Below are positions 32,140-44,151 of a stretch of DNA of 64,000 nt, in pieces (the first letter of the stretch is position 1; every line of letters begins with the position of its first letter). The translations under genes and the position numbers were made by a program. The notes under the pieces were generated by a model that saw only the letters and a list, made by a program, of their open reading frames with translations, was not told the origin of the DNA and ran no database searches. Source of the stretch: an uncultured Gemmataceae bacterium (GTDB lineage Bacteria; Planctomycetota; Planctomycetia; Gemmatales; Gemmataceae); assembly GCA_963750165.1 (NCBI GenBank), contig CAVVPN010000003.1, forward strand, positions 896,001-960,000, given 5' to 3'.

Positions 32140-32868
32140 ATGCGTGAGGACATCGCCGAACTGGTGCATGCCGTGTTCCGGGGCGGGTTCCGCCTGAAAG
32201 AGCGGCTGGCCGCCGGGGAGCCCGTGGACCTCAAGGAGGGCCGCCGCGACCTGCTGCGGCTGCTCGACAACCCCCTGCTGCACGCCGGCGACAGGTACGA
32301 CCTGGGCGTCCACTACGCGCTGGTGTGCTGGCTGGACGAGCTTCTCATCGACGACACGCCGGCGGGCCAGCAGTGGAGCGAGGAGTTTTGCCTGGAGCAG
32401 GAACTCTATCAGACGCGCCTGCGGGCCCACAAGTTCTGGAACCCCGGCGTCAAGGCGGCCGAGGCGCGGCCCGGCGGCGACGTGCTGGAGGTGTATTACC
32501 TCTGCTACCTGCTCGGCTTCCGGGGCGATGAGGACAGCCGCCCCGCCGACCTGGCCGCCTGGGCCGAGCGCGTGCGGCCGCAGGTGATGCGCGGCTACGG
32601 CGAGGAACCGGCGCAGCTCGATAAGAGCACGCCGGACTCGGACGTGCCGTACCTGTTTGGGCGGTCGCAGTTCCGCAAGATGCTCCAGACGTGGGCCGTG
32701 GCGTTGTTGATCCTGGCCTTCGTGGTGGGCTTCCTGGTGGTCTACCGGTTCGGCTCCCGGGTCAGCGCCCACGCCGCAGCGTGGGCCGAGCATGCCGCCC
32801 GGCTGCATTGTGCTCCGGAGAGATCATGGGCTTCTTGCGTTGGATCTGGGACGGCCTCCGGCAACTGA
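32140..32868 (+). CDS. tssL: T6SS TssL/DotU, no OmpA domain
   Basis: YALVCWLDE, LEVYYLCYLLGFRG, C-terminal TM. Confidence 0.88.
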   Translation: MREDIAELVHAVFRGGFRLKERLAAGEPVDLKEGRRDLLRLLDNPLLHAGDRYDLGVHYALVCWLDELLIDDTPAGQQWSEEFCLEQELYQTRLRAHKFWNPGVKAAEARPGGDVLEVYYLCYLLGFRGDEDSRPADLAAWAERVRPQVMRGYGEEPAQLDKSTPDSDVPYLFGRSQFRKMLQTWAVALLILAFVVGFLVVYRFGSRVSAHAAAWAEHAARLHCAPERSWASCVGSGTASGN

Positions 32869-34427
32869 TCGGCCTGATTCTACCGATCTTTTCGAAGGCG
32901 GCCGACTTCCGGTCGTACAGCTCGGGCGCGAAAATCGCCCTGCACGTCCTCGTTTTGGTCGTGGTCCTGGCCGGGTTGACCTTCCTGCAGAACTGGGTGC
33001 TACTGAGTTTCACCCTGGCTTTCCCCAATCACCCGTACCTCAAATGGATGTGGCTGCCGGTCCTGTTCCTGCTGGTGTACGTCCTCGTCTGGCTGCTCTG
33101 GTGGCTGTGGCACATCCTCCTCAGCGAGGAGGCCGGCTCGGACTTCCCGGACCTGGACGCGGCCTGGGGCGAGATCAGCAAGGCCCTGCAGGCGGCGAAC
33201 ATTGCCTTGCAGGACGTGCCGTTGTACCTGGTGCTGGGCCGGCCGGCGGCGGGGGAGGCGGCGTTGTTCCACGCCGCCCGCCTGCCGTTTCTGGTCAAGC
33301 AGGCGCCGGGCCCGGACGCGCCGGTGCAGGCCTGGGCCAACCGGCAGGACGGCATTTACGTCGCCTGCGTGGACTCGTCGCGGCTCGGCTCCCGGGCGAG
33401 CCTGCTGGCGCTCACCGGGGCCGAGGACTCGGGCGGCGCCGCCGCGCCGCTGGAGTTCGACGCCGCGACCGCCACCATCGGCGGCGCCACCATCGGGGCC
33501 GGCATGCAGGTAAATGTCGGCGGGTTGCTGGACGAGCAACTGCCGGAGGGGGAGCGGCGGCGCCGGGCCAAGGCGCTGGACGTGGCGGACCAGCCGGAGC
33601 TGGCCCGGCGGTTGACGGCGCGGCTGGAGCACCTGTGCCGGCTCGTGGCCCGGGAGCGCTGGCCGGAGCCGCCCGTCAACGGCATCCTGGTGCTGATCCC
33701 GCACGTCGCCACGCAGTCGCGGGCGGCCGCGGAGGGCACGACGCGCGACTGTCAGCAGGATCTGGAATCGGTCTGGAACGTCTTCCGGCTGTCTTGCCCG
33801 CTGTTCGCGCTGGTGTGCGACCTGGAAAAGGCCCCGGGGTTCGCGGACTTCCTGGAGGGCCACCTGGCGCGCTGCCGGACCGAGGAGGAGCGGCGCAAGG
33901 AGCGGCGGCGGCGCCTGGGCCGCCGCCTGGGCTGGGGCGTGGGCATGGACCCGGCGACCCGCCGCAGCGCCATCGAGGAACAGGTTGGGTGGATCGGCCG
34001 CGGCATGTTCCCGCACCAGATCTACAAAAGCGTTTTCTACACGGAACGGCCGGGGCGTGAGGACCCCGCCGAGATCATCCGTCACAACTACCAGGTCAGC
34101 CGCTTCTTCAACGCCATGTTCCAGGGCCAGCGCTGGCTGACCGCCATCGTTCGGGACGGCCTGATTATCCGGCAGGACGGGCCGGAGTTACTGGGCGGCT
34201 GTTACCTGGCCGCCACCGGCCAGGACGCGGACCGCGAACAGGCGTTCGTCGCCGGGGTGTTTGAGCGCCTGCAGGAATCCCTCCGCCTGATTCGCTGGAG
34301 CGACGAGGCCTTTCAGGAGGACGCCCAGTACCAGCAGTGGACGCGCCTCGGCTATCTCGGCTTGCCGGTGTTCGTTCTCGTCGTGGCGGTGCTGCTGATC
34401 CTGTGGTGGCAACCGTTTGGGGGCTGA
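32826..34427 (+). CDS. tssM: Short TssM/IcmF-like protein (N-terminal domain only)
   Basis: N-terminal TMs, VPLYLVLGRPAAG, RLEHLCRLVARERWPEPPVNGILVLIP, C-terminal TM then stop; follows tssL. Confidence 0.75.
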   Translation: MGFLRWIWDGLRQLIGLILPIFSKAADFRSYSSGAKIALHVLVLVVVLAGLTFLQNWVLLSFTLAFPNHPYLKWMWLPVLFLLVYVLVWLLWWLWHILLSEEAGSDFPDLDAAWGEISKALQAANIALQDVPLYLVLGRPAAGEAALFHAARLPFLVKQAPGPDAPVQAWANRQDGIYVACVDSSRLGSRASLLALTGAEDSGGAAAPLEFDAATATIGGATIGAGMQVNVGGLLDEQLPEGERRRRAKALDVADQPELARRLTARLEHLCRLVARERWPEPPVNGILVLIPHVATQSRAAAEGTTRDCQQDLESVWNVFRLSCPLFALVCDLEKAPGFADFLEGHLARCRTEEERRKERRRRLGRRLGWGVGMDPATRRSAIEEQVGWIGRGMFPHQIYKSVFYTERPGREDPAEIIRHNYQVSRFFNAMFQGQRWLTAIVRDGLIIRQDGPELLGGCYLAATGQDADREQAFVAGVFERLQESLRLIRWSDEAFQEDAQYQQWTRLGYLGLPVFVLVVAVLLILWWQPFGG

Positions 34428-34589
34428 GCAGGCGGACCGTGCTACAATTATCTTTCTTCCTCCAGGATCCGTTTACGTTTCGCGCTCTGCTCGTGCGTGA
34501 AACGAAAACGGGTTCGCGCGGGCGAAAGCATCAGAAAACATCAGGAGTTTACAGTTCGGACAGGTCCAGCGCAACACTGCGAGGTCATC

Positions 34590-37500
34590 ATGGAACGGAC
34601 GGACGCCAACCGGGACGCACTCACCCCGGCGGATCAGCAGGTCCTGGAATCGTGGCTGCAGGAATTTGAACAATCCTGGCACGAGGACAAGCTCGGCCAG
34701 ACCCTCCATGAACTGCCAGCGGAGGGGACGCTGCGCCAGGTGGCGATGAGCGAGCTGACCAAGCTGGACCTGCGCCACCGCTGGCGTCGGGGCGAGCCGA
34801 AGAAAATCGAGTCCTACCTGAACGACATTCCCGATCTCGGCACGTCGGCCACGCTGTCGGTGGACCTGATCCGCGCAGAGGTGGAAGTGCGGCGGGAACT
34901 GGGCGAAGACGTCTCGGAGCAGGAACTGCTGACCCGCTTCCCGCTGCACGCGGACCAGCTGCGGGGCGAATTCTCGCAGTCCTGGCGCGCCGTCCCCGGT
35001 TCGCGGCCGAGCGCCTCGCTCTCGACCATCAACCCCATCGACACCCCGGCCCCGCGCACGGCTCCCGCCCCCGCTCCCCCGGCTCCCCGGCCCGCCGGCA
35101 AGGCCCCGGCGGCCGCCACGGCCCTGCCCCGGGCCGGCCAGCGCTACCGGATTATAACGAAGCACGACCAGGGCAACGTGGGCGAGGTGTTTCTGGCCCT
35201 GGACGAGGAGGTGCCGCGCGAGGTGGCGCTCAAGCGGTTGCAGGCCAAGTGCGCCGACGACCCGGAAACCCGCGCCCGCTTCCTCCGCGAGGCTGAAATC
35301 TGCGGACGGCTGGAGCACCCGGGCGTCGTCCCCGTCTACGGCCTGGGCGTCGATTCCGACGGCCGCCCCTTCTACGCCATGCGCTTCGTCAAGGGGGAGA
35401 GCCTCCGCGAGGTCCTGCGCCGCTTCCACGGCCAGGGGCCGCGCGACGCCGGTGCCCGCCGCGTCGAACTGCACAAGCTGCTCGGCCGTTTCATTACCGT
35501 GTGCCAGGCGGTGGAGTTCGCCCACCGCAGCGGCGTGCTGCACCGCGACCTCAAGCCGGCGAACATCATGCTCGGCGAATTCGGCGAGACCCTGCTCGTG
35601 GACTGGGGCATGGCCAAAATCCTCGGCCAGGACGAGGAACCGGGCGGCGACGTGGTCAGTGCGGTCGAGGCCCTGCTGCCGGACGCGCCGGGGGACGGAC
35701 AGGCATCCGCCGCGTCCGCCCAGTCCACCGCCCGCGGCCCGCAAGCGGACCTCACCCAGACCGGGCAGATTCGCGGCACCACCGCCTTCATGAGCCCCGA
35801 ACAGGCGGCCGGGAAGATCCACGAACTCACCCCGGCCAGCGACATCTACGGCCTGGGGGCGACGCTGTACCAGATCCTGACGGGCAAGCCGCCGTTCGAG
35901 GGGTCGGACCTCCGGCACATCCTGGGCCGGGTGCGGGCCGGCGACTTCCCGCGGCCGCGCAAGCTGGCCCCGGCGGTCCCGCCTGCCCTGGAGGCGATCT
36001 GCCTGAAGGCGATGGCACTGCGGCCGGGACAGCGCTACCCCTCGGCCCGGGCGCTGGCCGACGACCTGGAGCGCTGGCTGGCCGACGAGCCGGTGAGCGC
36101 ACTGCCCGAGCCGTGGACCGCGCGGGCCGGGCGCTGGCTGCGGCGGCACAAGGCGCTGGTGACCGGCGCCGTCGTCCTGCTGACGGCGGCGGTGGTCGCG
36201 CTGAGCGCCAGCACCGTGCTGATCGCCGAGGCCCAGCAGCGGACCGAGCAGCAGCGTGCGGCGGCGGCGGCGGCGGAGCAACAGGCCCGCGCCGCCTTCC
36301 AGGACGCGGACCACCAGCGCCAGCTCGCGGTCGCGGCGGAGCAGAAAATCAAGGGCGCCCTGGACAAGGTCGAGGTCGCCCGACAGGACGCCGAACGCCA
36401 GCGCATCAAGGCTGTGGACTCTCAGGAGAAGGAGGCCGAAGCCCGTGCGGCGGCGGAGCAGGCCCTTGCGAACGAGAAGGCGGCGCGGGAACAGGAGCAG
36501 GCGGAACGGAAGAAGCGGGCCCTGGCCGAGGCCGAGGGCCTCACCGAGGCCAACCCGGTCGCGGTGCGCAAGGTCATCGACATCCTGAAGTCCACCCCCC
36601 AGGACGTGCTGCCGCACGTGCTGCCGCGGCTGCGCGAACTCTGGGAGCGGAAAAAGCCGCCCCTGAGCCTCGGCCAGCGCCTCCGCGTCGGCGTGGCTCT
36701 GCTGATGCTGGACGACAAGGCGACCAGGGACATGCTCGCCGCGCTGCCCGGGTTGATGCTGCAGACGGACGACCCCGGGGAATTGCTCCTGGTGCGCGGC
36801 GCCCTGGAGCCGCACCGCGCGGCGGTGGCCCCGGCCCTGTGGCAGAAGGCGGACGACCCGAAGACGCCGAACGCCGAACGCTTCCGCGCGCTGGCGGCGC
36901 TGGCGGGGCTGGACGACGCGAAGGCCCGGTGGCACAACCCGACCTGGGCGCCGGCGAAAACCACTGCCGCCGGCACGCCCACGGCCTTTGTCGTCGAGCA
37001 CCTGCTGTCCGCCAACGCCCTGCGCCTGGGCCAGTGGGCCGAGGCGTTCCGGCCGGTCAGCGCGGAGTTGCTCGAGCCGCTGCAGGCGGCGTTCAAGGAC
37101 GCCCACCGACCGCACCGCGGGGTGGTGGCGGCGCGGCTGCTGGCCGACTTCGCCGCCGGGCTGCCCGAACTGCTCGCGGGACTGGCGCTGGACGCAAAGG
37201 ACGAGCAGTACCTGTTGCTGCGGCCGGTTTTGCTGGCCCACCCAGACCGGGCGGCGCCCGTGTTCCGCAAGGAGCTGGCGCGGCCGAAGCCGGACGCGCT
37301 GGACGCCCAGGTCGCCCTGGCGCGGCGGCAGGCGCACGCAGCGGTGGCCCTGCTCCACCTGGGCCAGGTGCAGGAGTCGGGGCGACTGCTCAAGCACGGC
37401 CCGGACCCGACGCTGCGGACGTTTCTGATCCACGCCCTGGGCCGGCGCGGCACCGACCCGGACCTGCTGGTGAAGCGGCTGAAGGCGACGGACGAGGTGT

Positions 37501-38619
37501 CGGAGCGGCGGGCGTTGATCCTGAGCTTCGGCGAGATCGCGGCGGGGCAGTGGCCGCTGGCGCGACGCCAGGAGGTGACCCAGGAATTGTTGAAGTGGTA
37601 TCGCGAGGACCCGGACCCGGGCGTGCATAGCGCCATCGACTGGCTGCTGCGGCACGGCATGCAGGGGCCGGTGCCGCGCAAACTGGACTGGCAGCAGGCC
37701 GCGGCGCTGGACAAACTCGACCGGAACCTTGCCGCCCTCGGCGACAAACTCCCGGTTGGTCGCGACTGGTTCGTCACAGCCCGGGGTGGGCACACGCTGG
37801 CAGTGGTCCGCAGACCTGTCGAGTTCTGGATGGGATCGCCTGCGGGCGAGCCACGGGGCTGGAGCTTTGACAACGAGGCGCTGCACCGCAAACGCATTCC
37901 CCGCTCCTTCGCGGTCGCCACGCGCGAGGTGACCGCCGCGCAGTTCAAGGCGTTTTTGCAAGCGCATTCGGAGCTGCAGAAGAAACACAAGCTGGAAAGC
38001 CAGGAGCGGTTCGGCCCCGACCCGGACGGGCCGGCGCTGGGGGTCACCTGGTCCGAGGCGGCTGCCTACTGCAACTGGCTGAGCAAGATCAACGGCATCG
38101 ACGCGGACCAGTGGTGTTACCAGATCAACGCCAGTTCCGGGGCCGTGAAAATGGCCCCCAATTTCCTCAACCTGCGCGGCTACCGCCTGCCCACCGAGTC
38201 GGAATGGGAATACAGCTGCCGGGCCGGCGCGGACCCGCTGGGGATTCGGCAACGGGGTCGCGATGCTGCCCGAGTACGCGTGGTTCTTCCTCACGAGCGA
38301 GGACCGCGCCTGGCCGGTGGGCCAGTTGAAGCCCAACGACCTCGGCCTGTTTGACATGCACGGCAATGCCTGGGAGTGGTGTCAGGATCGGGTGATGACA
38401 TTCGATTACCCGAAGAACGTGGCCGGCCAGGCCGTCGTGGAAACGCTGGAGCGGGAACTCACGCCTCTCGCGGCCAACCGGCGGTGTGTCATGCGTGGCG
38501 GTTCGTTCTTCAATCGAGCGCCCATCACCCGCTGTGCGCAGCGTTACCTTGGGAAAGTGCTGGGCGATCCGCCGGCCAACGACGCCGGCTTTCGGGTCGC
38601 ACGCACCATGCAACTCTGA
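34590..38619 (+). CDS. Membrane Ser/Thr kinase with helical repeats and C-terminal FGE-sulfatase (SUMF1) domain; frameshift near 38232
   Basis: VALKRL, HRDLKPAN, DWG, MSPEQ; TM; RLPTESEWEYSCRAG, KPNDLGLFDMHGNAWEW, GFRVART. Confidence 0.88.
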
Positions 38620-38747
38620 TGGGAGCGCGCGAAACTATGCGGGCGGACAGGGTTGTTTGGCGCTTTCCCCGAGGAGGGAGAACGTGCCAGACAACCCCGT
38701 CCGCCCGCGCTGAGCCAATCGTGTCCCCTGTCCGGGAGCGCGGAGTG

Positions 38748-40524
38748 CTATTCCGGGACATCCACCAACACCACTCCGGTGGAGATACGCTCGCTCTCAG
38801 GACGAATGACCGTCCTGGGCGCTGGCGCTGGAGGGACCGCACCCGGGGCGGTTGGCGCCGGACCAGGAGGCTGCATCTCGATCGGTCTCGGGGCGTACCG
38901 CACCGGGAAGGCCGGCGCCGCGCCGGGTTGCACCGTGACAGCAGACGCTGGCGTGACCGGCGTCCATGCGGCCTGCCGGGGTGCGAACTGCACCGGGGTC
39001 GTCGGGGCGGGGTTGGTCCGCACCGGGATGATCGGCGCCGAGATGACCGGCGGCAGGGCGGCGGGCGGCTGGTCGAATCGCACCGGGGCTACTGGAGCCG
39101 GAGCGGCCGGCAGCGGGCCGGTTGACAGCGGAGCCACCGGAGCCGGAGCGGCCGGCAGCGGGTCGAATCGCACCGGACTGATCAGCGGGGGAACGGGGGG
39201 AAGCAGGGTCGCCGACGCCGTGAAGGACGCCGGGGCGGACGGCATCGGGGCGAATCCGGCCGTGGTGGCCGCCGCCGGGGCGACGCCCACCGGCGTGATT
39301 GGCGCCGGCGCGGGGTGCGGCGGCGCAACCGGCACTGGGTTGGTGCGCATCGAGGTGGCCGGCGCCGGGGCGGCCTGCTTCGGAACGGCCTGTTTCGGAA
39401 CGACCTGCTTCGGAGCGACGCGCGCCGGGGATTCCGGGGTAGCGTTGAGGGAGTTTTCAATCACGCCGAAAAAGCTGGCCTCGGGGCGGGGCGACGCGGA
39501 CGGCGACGCGGGCATGGCGTTCCCCATCTTCTCGAGGGCTTTCCGCGAATTGGCCACCACCTGAGCCAGCGTCATTTTCTCGATGCGCTGATAATAAGAA
39601 AGCGCGCCGGCGCCCTTGGCGGGCGTGCTGCCGGGGTTTGCGGGCGTGGCCGCGGCGGTTTTGGCGGGCGCCTCGCTGGCGGCCTTGGCGGGCGTGGTAC
39701 CGGCGGTCTTGGTGGGCGCCGCTCCCGCCCTGGCGGGCACTTCCGGCGGGAGGGCCTCCACCGGTTTCTTGTCGAGTTCCCGAAGGGGCGGCCCTTCCAC
39801 CAGCGGGGGTTCGATGGGCACCAAGTCCGGGGGCACCGCCGCCGCGAAGCGGGCCAGGCAGGAGTTCAGCGCCATCCAGGCGGTGGCCCGCACGCGCTCC
39901 GAGGCCTCCGGCGGTCGGCCGTCCTCGTCGTTACAGGTCACCGTCAACGTCAGGGCCTGAATGGTGGACCTGGTGCAGCAGCAGCCGCGGCCCAGCGCCA
40001 GCGCCGCCTCCCAGCGCACGCACTCGTTACGGTCGGCGCAGGGCGTTAATCAGCGCCTCCTGTGCCTCGGGCCAGTAGCGGCAATCGACCGTGCCCAGGT
40101 AGCGGACGTCGGCCCGGCGCGCCTTGGCGGCGGCCTCGTCGGCCTTGACCAGGGCGGCGGCCCCTGTCGGGCTGTCCGCCGGCGCCGCCAGCTGCGCGGC
40201 GGTCGGCAGGTCCGGGCAGCAGTTCCCGAGGATGCCGCCGCTGAAGACGCGGATGGGGGCCAGGCTGTTGTTGAAGAACTGCCCCACCGGCGAGGCACAG
40301 AACTTCGCCTTGCAGTAGGCACAGGTGGCGATCAGGTTCGCGATCTTGGTCCCGGCCGGTGGGCCGGCCGCGGGGACGACGGCGGCAGCCGGTGCTGCCG
40401 CGAGGGGCCCGGCCGCGGCCGGCGCCACCGGCACGGCCGCGGCCGGCACGGCCGGAACCTGACCGCGAGCGGCTGGCAGCAGCAGGGCCACCAGCACCAC
40501 TGGGGCGCCGAATTTCTTCCACAT
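38748..40524 (-). CDS. Exported Cys-rich HEAT-repeat protein with Pro/Ala-rich tail; frameshift near 40036
   Basis: Signal peptide; VRYLGTVDCRYWPEAQEALINALR joins DRNECVRWEAALALGRGCCC. Confidence 0.7.
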
Positions 40525-40965
40525 GGCCAAGGGCTCCTTCAGTCTGTTATTCCCCACCCAGTTCCAGGTGGCCCGGGAGACGCCGCCGAAGTAGCCGTCC
40601 CCTTCTGAAAATTGATGCAAAGTCACTTCACCACCAACTTCGGCCGCGGCCCCTCAGGCTGAAATGATTGCGACGGTTGAAGCGGCTGGCGGCATATTCG
40701 CGCGAACCCTCATATCCTGGAGAACCCCTTCTGTCGGAAAAGGCGTTGGAATTTACGATGCAGGCGCGGGAGCGGGTCCGATACTGAAAACAATCTCGAC
40801 GGGGTGAACCTCCTACGACCGCGGAACGGGCGAACCACCCTTTCCAGGCCGCGCAACCTGCCCCGAATCCGTTACGGTCACACCTCCATCCCGTTGGTCG
40901 TCGCGCCCGGTCCTCGCGGGCCCACGCCGCGGACGAGCTTGAACAGGAAAGAAGGAGTGCAGCCT

Positions 40966-42224
40966 ATGAGGTGGGAGTCAAGTCAGCCCCGTGGGGGCAA
41001 GGCGAAGGTTTGGGCGTTCGGGTTGACGTGCGTGGCCCTGTTGACCGGGGTTGCGCCGGCGCTGGCGCAGAAGCCTACTGACGCCCCGCCGACGAAGCTG
41101 TCGGACCTCGCCGCCCCGACGTTGGCGGCGGCGCCGGCGGCGCCGGACGCCAACGTGACCCAGGCGAGCTGCAGCACCTGCTCCGGCGGACTGCTCGGCG
41201 GCTCGCTCGGCGGCCCGCCGCCGCTCCCCGGCGACGGCGGCGGCTGCGGCGGTGGCGGCTGTGGCGGCGGTCAGTGCGTCCCGGGGCGATTGAACTGTTG
41301 CAGCTGCTGCGAGGGCCAGACCTGCCTGGGCCGCATGCTCTGCGGGTTCTACGAGTGCATCTGCTGCCCCGACCCCTGCTACGATCCACACTGGATCGCC
41401 CTCGCCGACTCCGCCCTCTTCGTGAACGCGCCCCGGCCCGTCACCCAGATGCACTGCGCTACGACGGCATTTACGGCATCCCGTTCGCGGATCGGGCTGA
41501 ATACTACTTCGCCCGGGACACGGGCACCCCGGCGGGCGGCGGCCGCGGGCCGAACTTCAACATGGCGCGCCTCGTCAACATCAATCAGCTGAGCCTGTAT
41601 AACGAAGCGGCCCTGGGGCGGTTCAGCGCCTTCATCGCGGTCCCGTACAACGAGGTCCACCGCGACACCGACTTCGGCTACAGCGTCGCCAGCTCCGGCT
41701 TCGGGAACCTGAGCGTCGGCACCAAGTCCATGTTACTCGACTGTGAGTTGCTGCAGATCACGTTGCAATTCACCACGTACATCCCCACCGCCAGCCCCGG
41801 CGGCGGCCTGGCAAACGGCCACGTGAGCCTGGAACCGGCCCTGCTGTTCGCGTTAAAGTTGACCCCCGAATCGTACTTCCAGGGGGAACTGGCCCAGTGG
41901 ATTCCGGTCGGCGGGGACACAATCTACCAGGGGAACGTGTTCCACTCCCACTTCAGCTTCAACCACATCCTGTGGCGTTTCCTCCCCGACGTGCAGTTGA
42001 TCGGGACGATGGAGCTGAGCGAGTGGTCGGTGTTGAACGGCAACTTCACCGACCCGTTGACCGGCGCGATCCAGCGGGCGGCCGGGTCCGCCTGGAGCCT
42101 CGGGCCGGGCCTGCGGTTAAACATCTGCAACCGGATCGACTTCGGCGCGGGGGTGCAGTTCGGCGTCGGCTCAGATCGGTGGTATGACGAGAACTTCCGG
42201 GCAGAATTCCGGTGGCGCTTCTGA
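40966..42224 (+). CDS. Predicted outer-membrane beta-barrel protein with Cys-rich N-terminus; frameshift near 41453
   Basis: Signal peptide, NAPRPVTQ, SGFGNLSVGTK, C-terminal AEFRWRF. Confidence 0.65.
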
Positions 42225-42235
42225 TGCGGTTCGCA

Positions 42236-42267
42236 AGTCAGAGTAGCGGGGAGCCGCTACTCTGACT
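42236..42267. terminator. 14-bp stem hairpin
   Basis: AGTCAGAGTAGCGG-GGAG-CCGCTACTCTGACT after the stop; no U-tract. Confidence 0.5.
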
Positions 42268-42442
42268 GTCATGTGCTCCAGTGCAGACAAACGCGCGTGC
42301 GGGCGCACGGTTTTCTTTTTCCGAGGCGGGTGTGTATACTTTCAGAATCACGGAGCACCCGCCACGCCGTTGCGTGCGCCGGAGTGCGCGGGCCGGGACG
42401 GTCGTCCTGACCCGATCTGCGGCCATCCGCGGTAGAAACGCC

Positions 42443-43579
42443 ATGCTCGCCACGGACACTCTGAACCTCGACAGGCTAACGGCCCCCATCTCCGCGGAAC
42501 ACCCCACCGGCGTGGACCTGCGCAGCGACCGCTCCCCCAACTCCCTCTACCGGCAGATTCGCGACGTCCGCGACACCGCCAAGACGGCGGAGCGGCAACT
42601 CCTCGTGGACGACGAGGAAGGCGGCGGGACAACACCCCCGGACTGGGTACCGGTGTTCGACCTGACCCGGCAGGCCCTCGCGGAAAAAACCAAGGACCTG
42701 GAACTCACGGTCTACCTGCTGGAGGCTCTGGTGCGCCGCGACGGCCTGGCCGGGCTGTCCGCGGGCTTCCACCTGATCCGTGAGTTGTGCGAGCGCTACT
42801 GGGACCAGCTGTATCCCGGCGCCGGTGCCGGTGCGGGGCTCGCGGACCGGGTCGCCCCGCTGGCGGGCCTGAACGACGTGGATGGCCTGATCCTGGAGCC
42901 CATGAACACCCTGCCGATCACGGAGGCCAGTGCCGCGGGGGGGCCGTACGATGGCGTGCGCTATCAGAAGGCAGTGGACCTGACCACGCGCGACGAGGCG
43001 ACGCGGCAAAAGCGCATTGCGGCGGGGACGATGCCGCTGGAGGCGCTCCAGGAGGCGGCCCAGGGGACCTCGCCGGAATTCTACGCGCGGGCGGTGGCCG
43101 CCCTGGCGGAATGCACCGATGCGCTGGAGCAACTGGGGGCCGTGCTGCAGGCGAAATGCGGCCGCGACGCGCCCTCCACGGCGCGGATCCGCGCCGCCCT
43201 GCAAAAATACGGCGAGGCGCTGCGCGGCGTGGCGAAGGACAAGGTGGCCGCCGCCATGCGGCCGCCCGGCGCGCCGCCGGCGCCGGCCGGCGCCGACGGG
43301 CCGGCGCCACCCGCGGCGGCGGCCCCGCTCCGGCCCGACGGGCCGCCGCCGACCCCCGGGCCCATCGGCAGCCGGGAGGAGGCGTTGCAAACCCTGCTGA
43401 AGGTGGCGGAATTTTTTCGCCGCACCGAGCCGCACACTCCGGTATCATATGCCCTGGAGGAGGCCGTCCGCTGGGGCAGGATGAAGCTGCCGGATTTGCT
43501 GGAAGAACTGATCGCCGACGAGGGGACACGGCAGCAGGTGTTCAAGCGGGTGGGCATCCGGCCGCCGTCCGCCGGGTGA
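42443..43579 (+). CDS. tssA: T6SS TssA
   Basis: [40 protein letters not shown]. Confidence 0.92.
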   Translation: MLATDTLNLDRLTAPISAEHPTGVDLRSDRSPNSLYRQIRDVRDTAKTAERQLLVDDEEGGGTTPPDWVPVFDLTRQALAEKTKDLELTVYLLEALVRRDGLAGLSAGFHLIRELCERYWDQLYPGAGAGAGLADRVAPLAGLNDVDGLILEPMNTLPITEASAAGGPYDGVRYQKAVDLTTRDEATRQKRIAAGTMPLEALQEAAQGTSPEFYARAVAALAECTDALEQLGAVLQAKCGRDAPSTARIRAALQKYGEALRGVAKDKVAAAMRPPGAPPAPAGADGPAPPAAAAPLRPDGPPPTPGPIGSREEALQTLLKVAEFFRRTEPHTPVSYALEEAVRWGRMKLPDLLEELIADEGTRQQVFKRVGIRPPSAG

Positions 43580-43620
43580 GGCCCGCCAACCGATTTCACG
43601 AGAAAGCGAGCGTTCAGACC

Positions 43621-44151
43621 ATGTCGCGCAGCATTCACGACGAGCTGAGTATGGTCCGCAAGCCCCGGGTACACATCACCTACGCGGTGGAAACCGAAGG
43701 GGCAGAGGTCGTCAAGGAACTGCCCTTCGTGGTGGGCGTCCTGGGCGACTTCTCAGGCAACCCCACCGAGCCGCTCAAGCCGCTGAGCGAGCGCAAGTTC
43801 ATCCAGATCGACCGGGATAATTTCAACGACGTGCTGCGGCGGATGACGCCGGGGCTGAACCTGCGGGTGGCGAACACCCTGAAGGACGACGGCAGCGAAC
43901 TGCCGGTGCAGCTGAAATTCAACTCGCTGGACGACTTCACGCCGGGCCAGGTGGTCAAGCAGGTGGAGCCGCTCCGCAAGTTACTCGAGGCCCGCAACAA
44001 GCTCCGCGACCTGTTGACGCGCGTGGACCGATCCGAAAAACTGGAGGGCCTGCTCGAGGAGGCCCTGCAGAACACCGAAAAACTCAAGCAATTCACGCCG
44101 GGTTCGGGCGGCGATGCCGCGGGCGACGCGAAGAAGGGGGGTGACTCGTGA
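43621..44151 (+). CDS. tssB: T6SS sheath small subunit
   Basis: [31 protein letters not shown]. Confidence 0.95.
   Translation: MSRSIHDELSMVRKPRVHITYAVETEGAEVVKELPFVVGVLGDFSGNPTEPLKPLSERKFIQIDRDNFNDVLRRMTPGLNLRVANTLKDDGSELPVQLKFNSLDDFTPGQVVKQVEPLRKLLEARNKLRDLLTRVDRSEKLEGLLEEALQNTEKLKQFTPGSGGDAAGDAKKGGDS

Noticed and set aside
34473..38366. Long antisense ORFs (also 52345-55155, 55631-57619, 15105-16787, 53-1399)
   Set aside because: Shadows of real genes in high-GC DNA, with no motifs.
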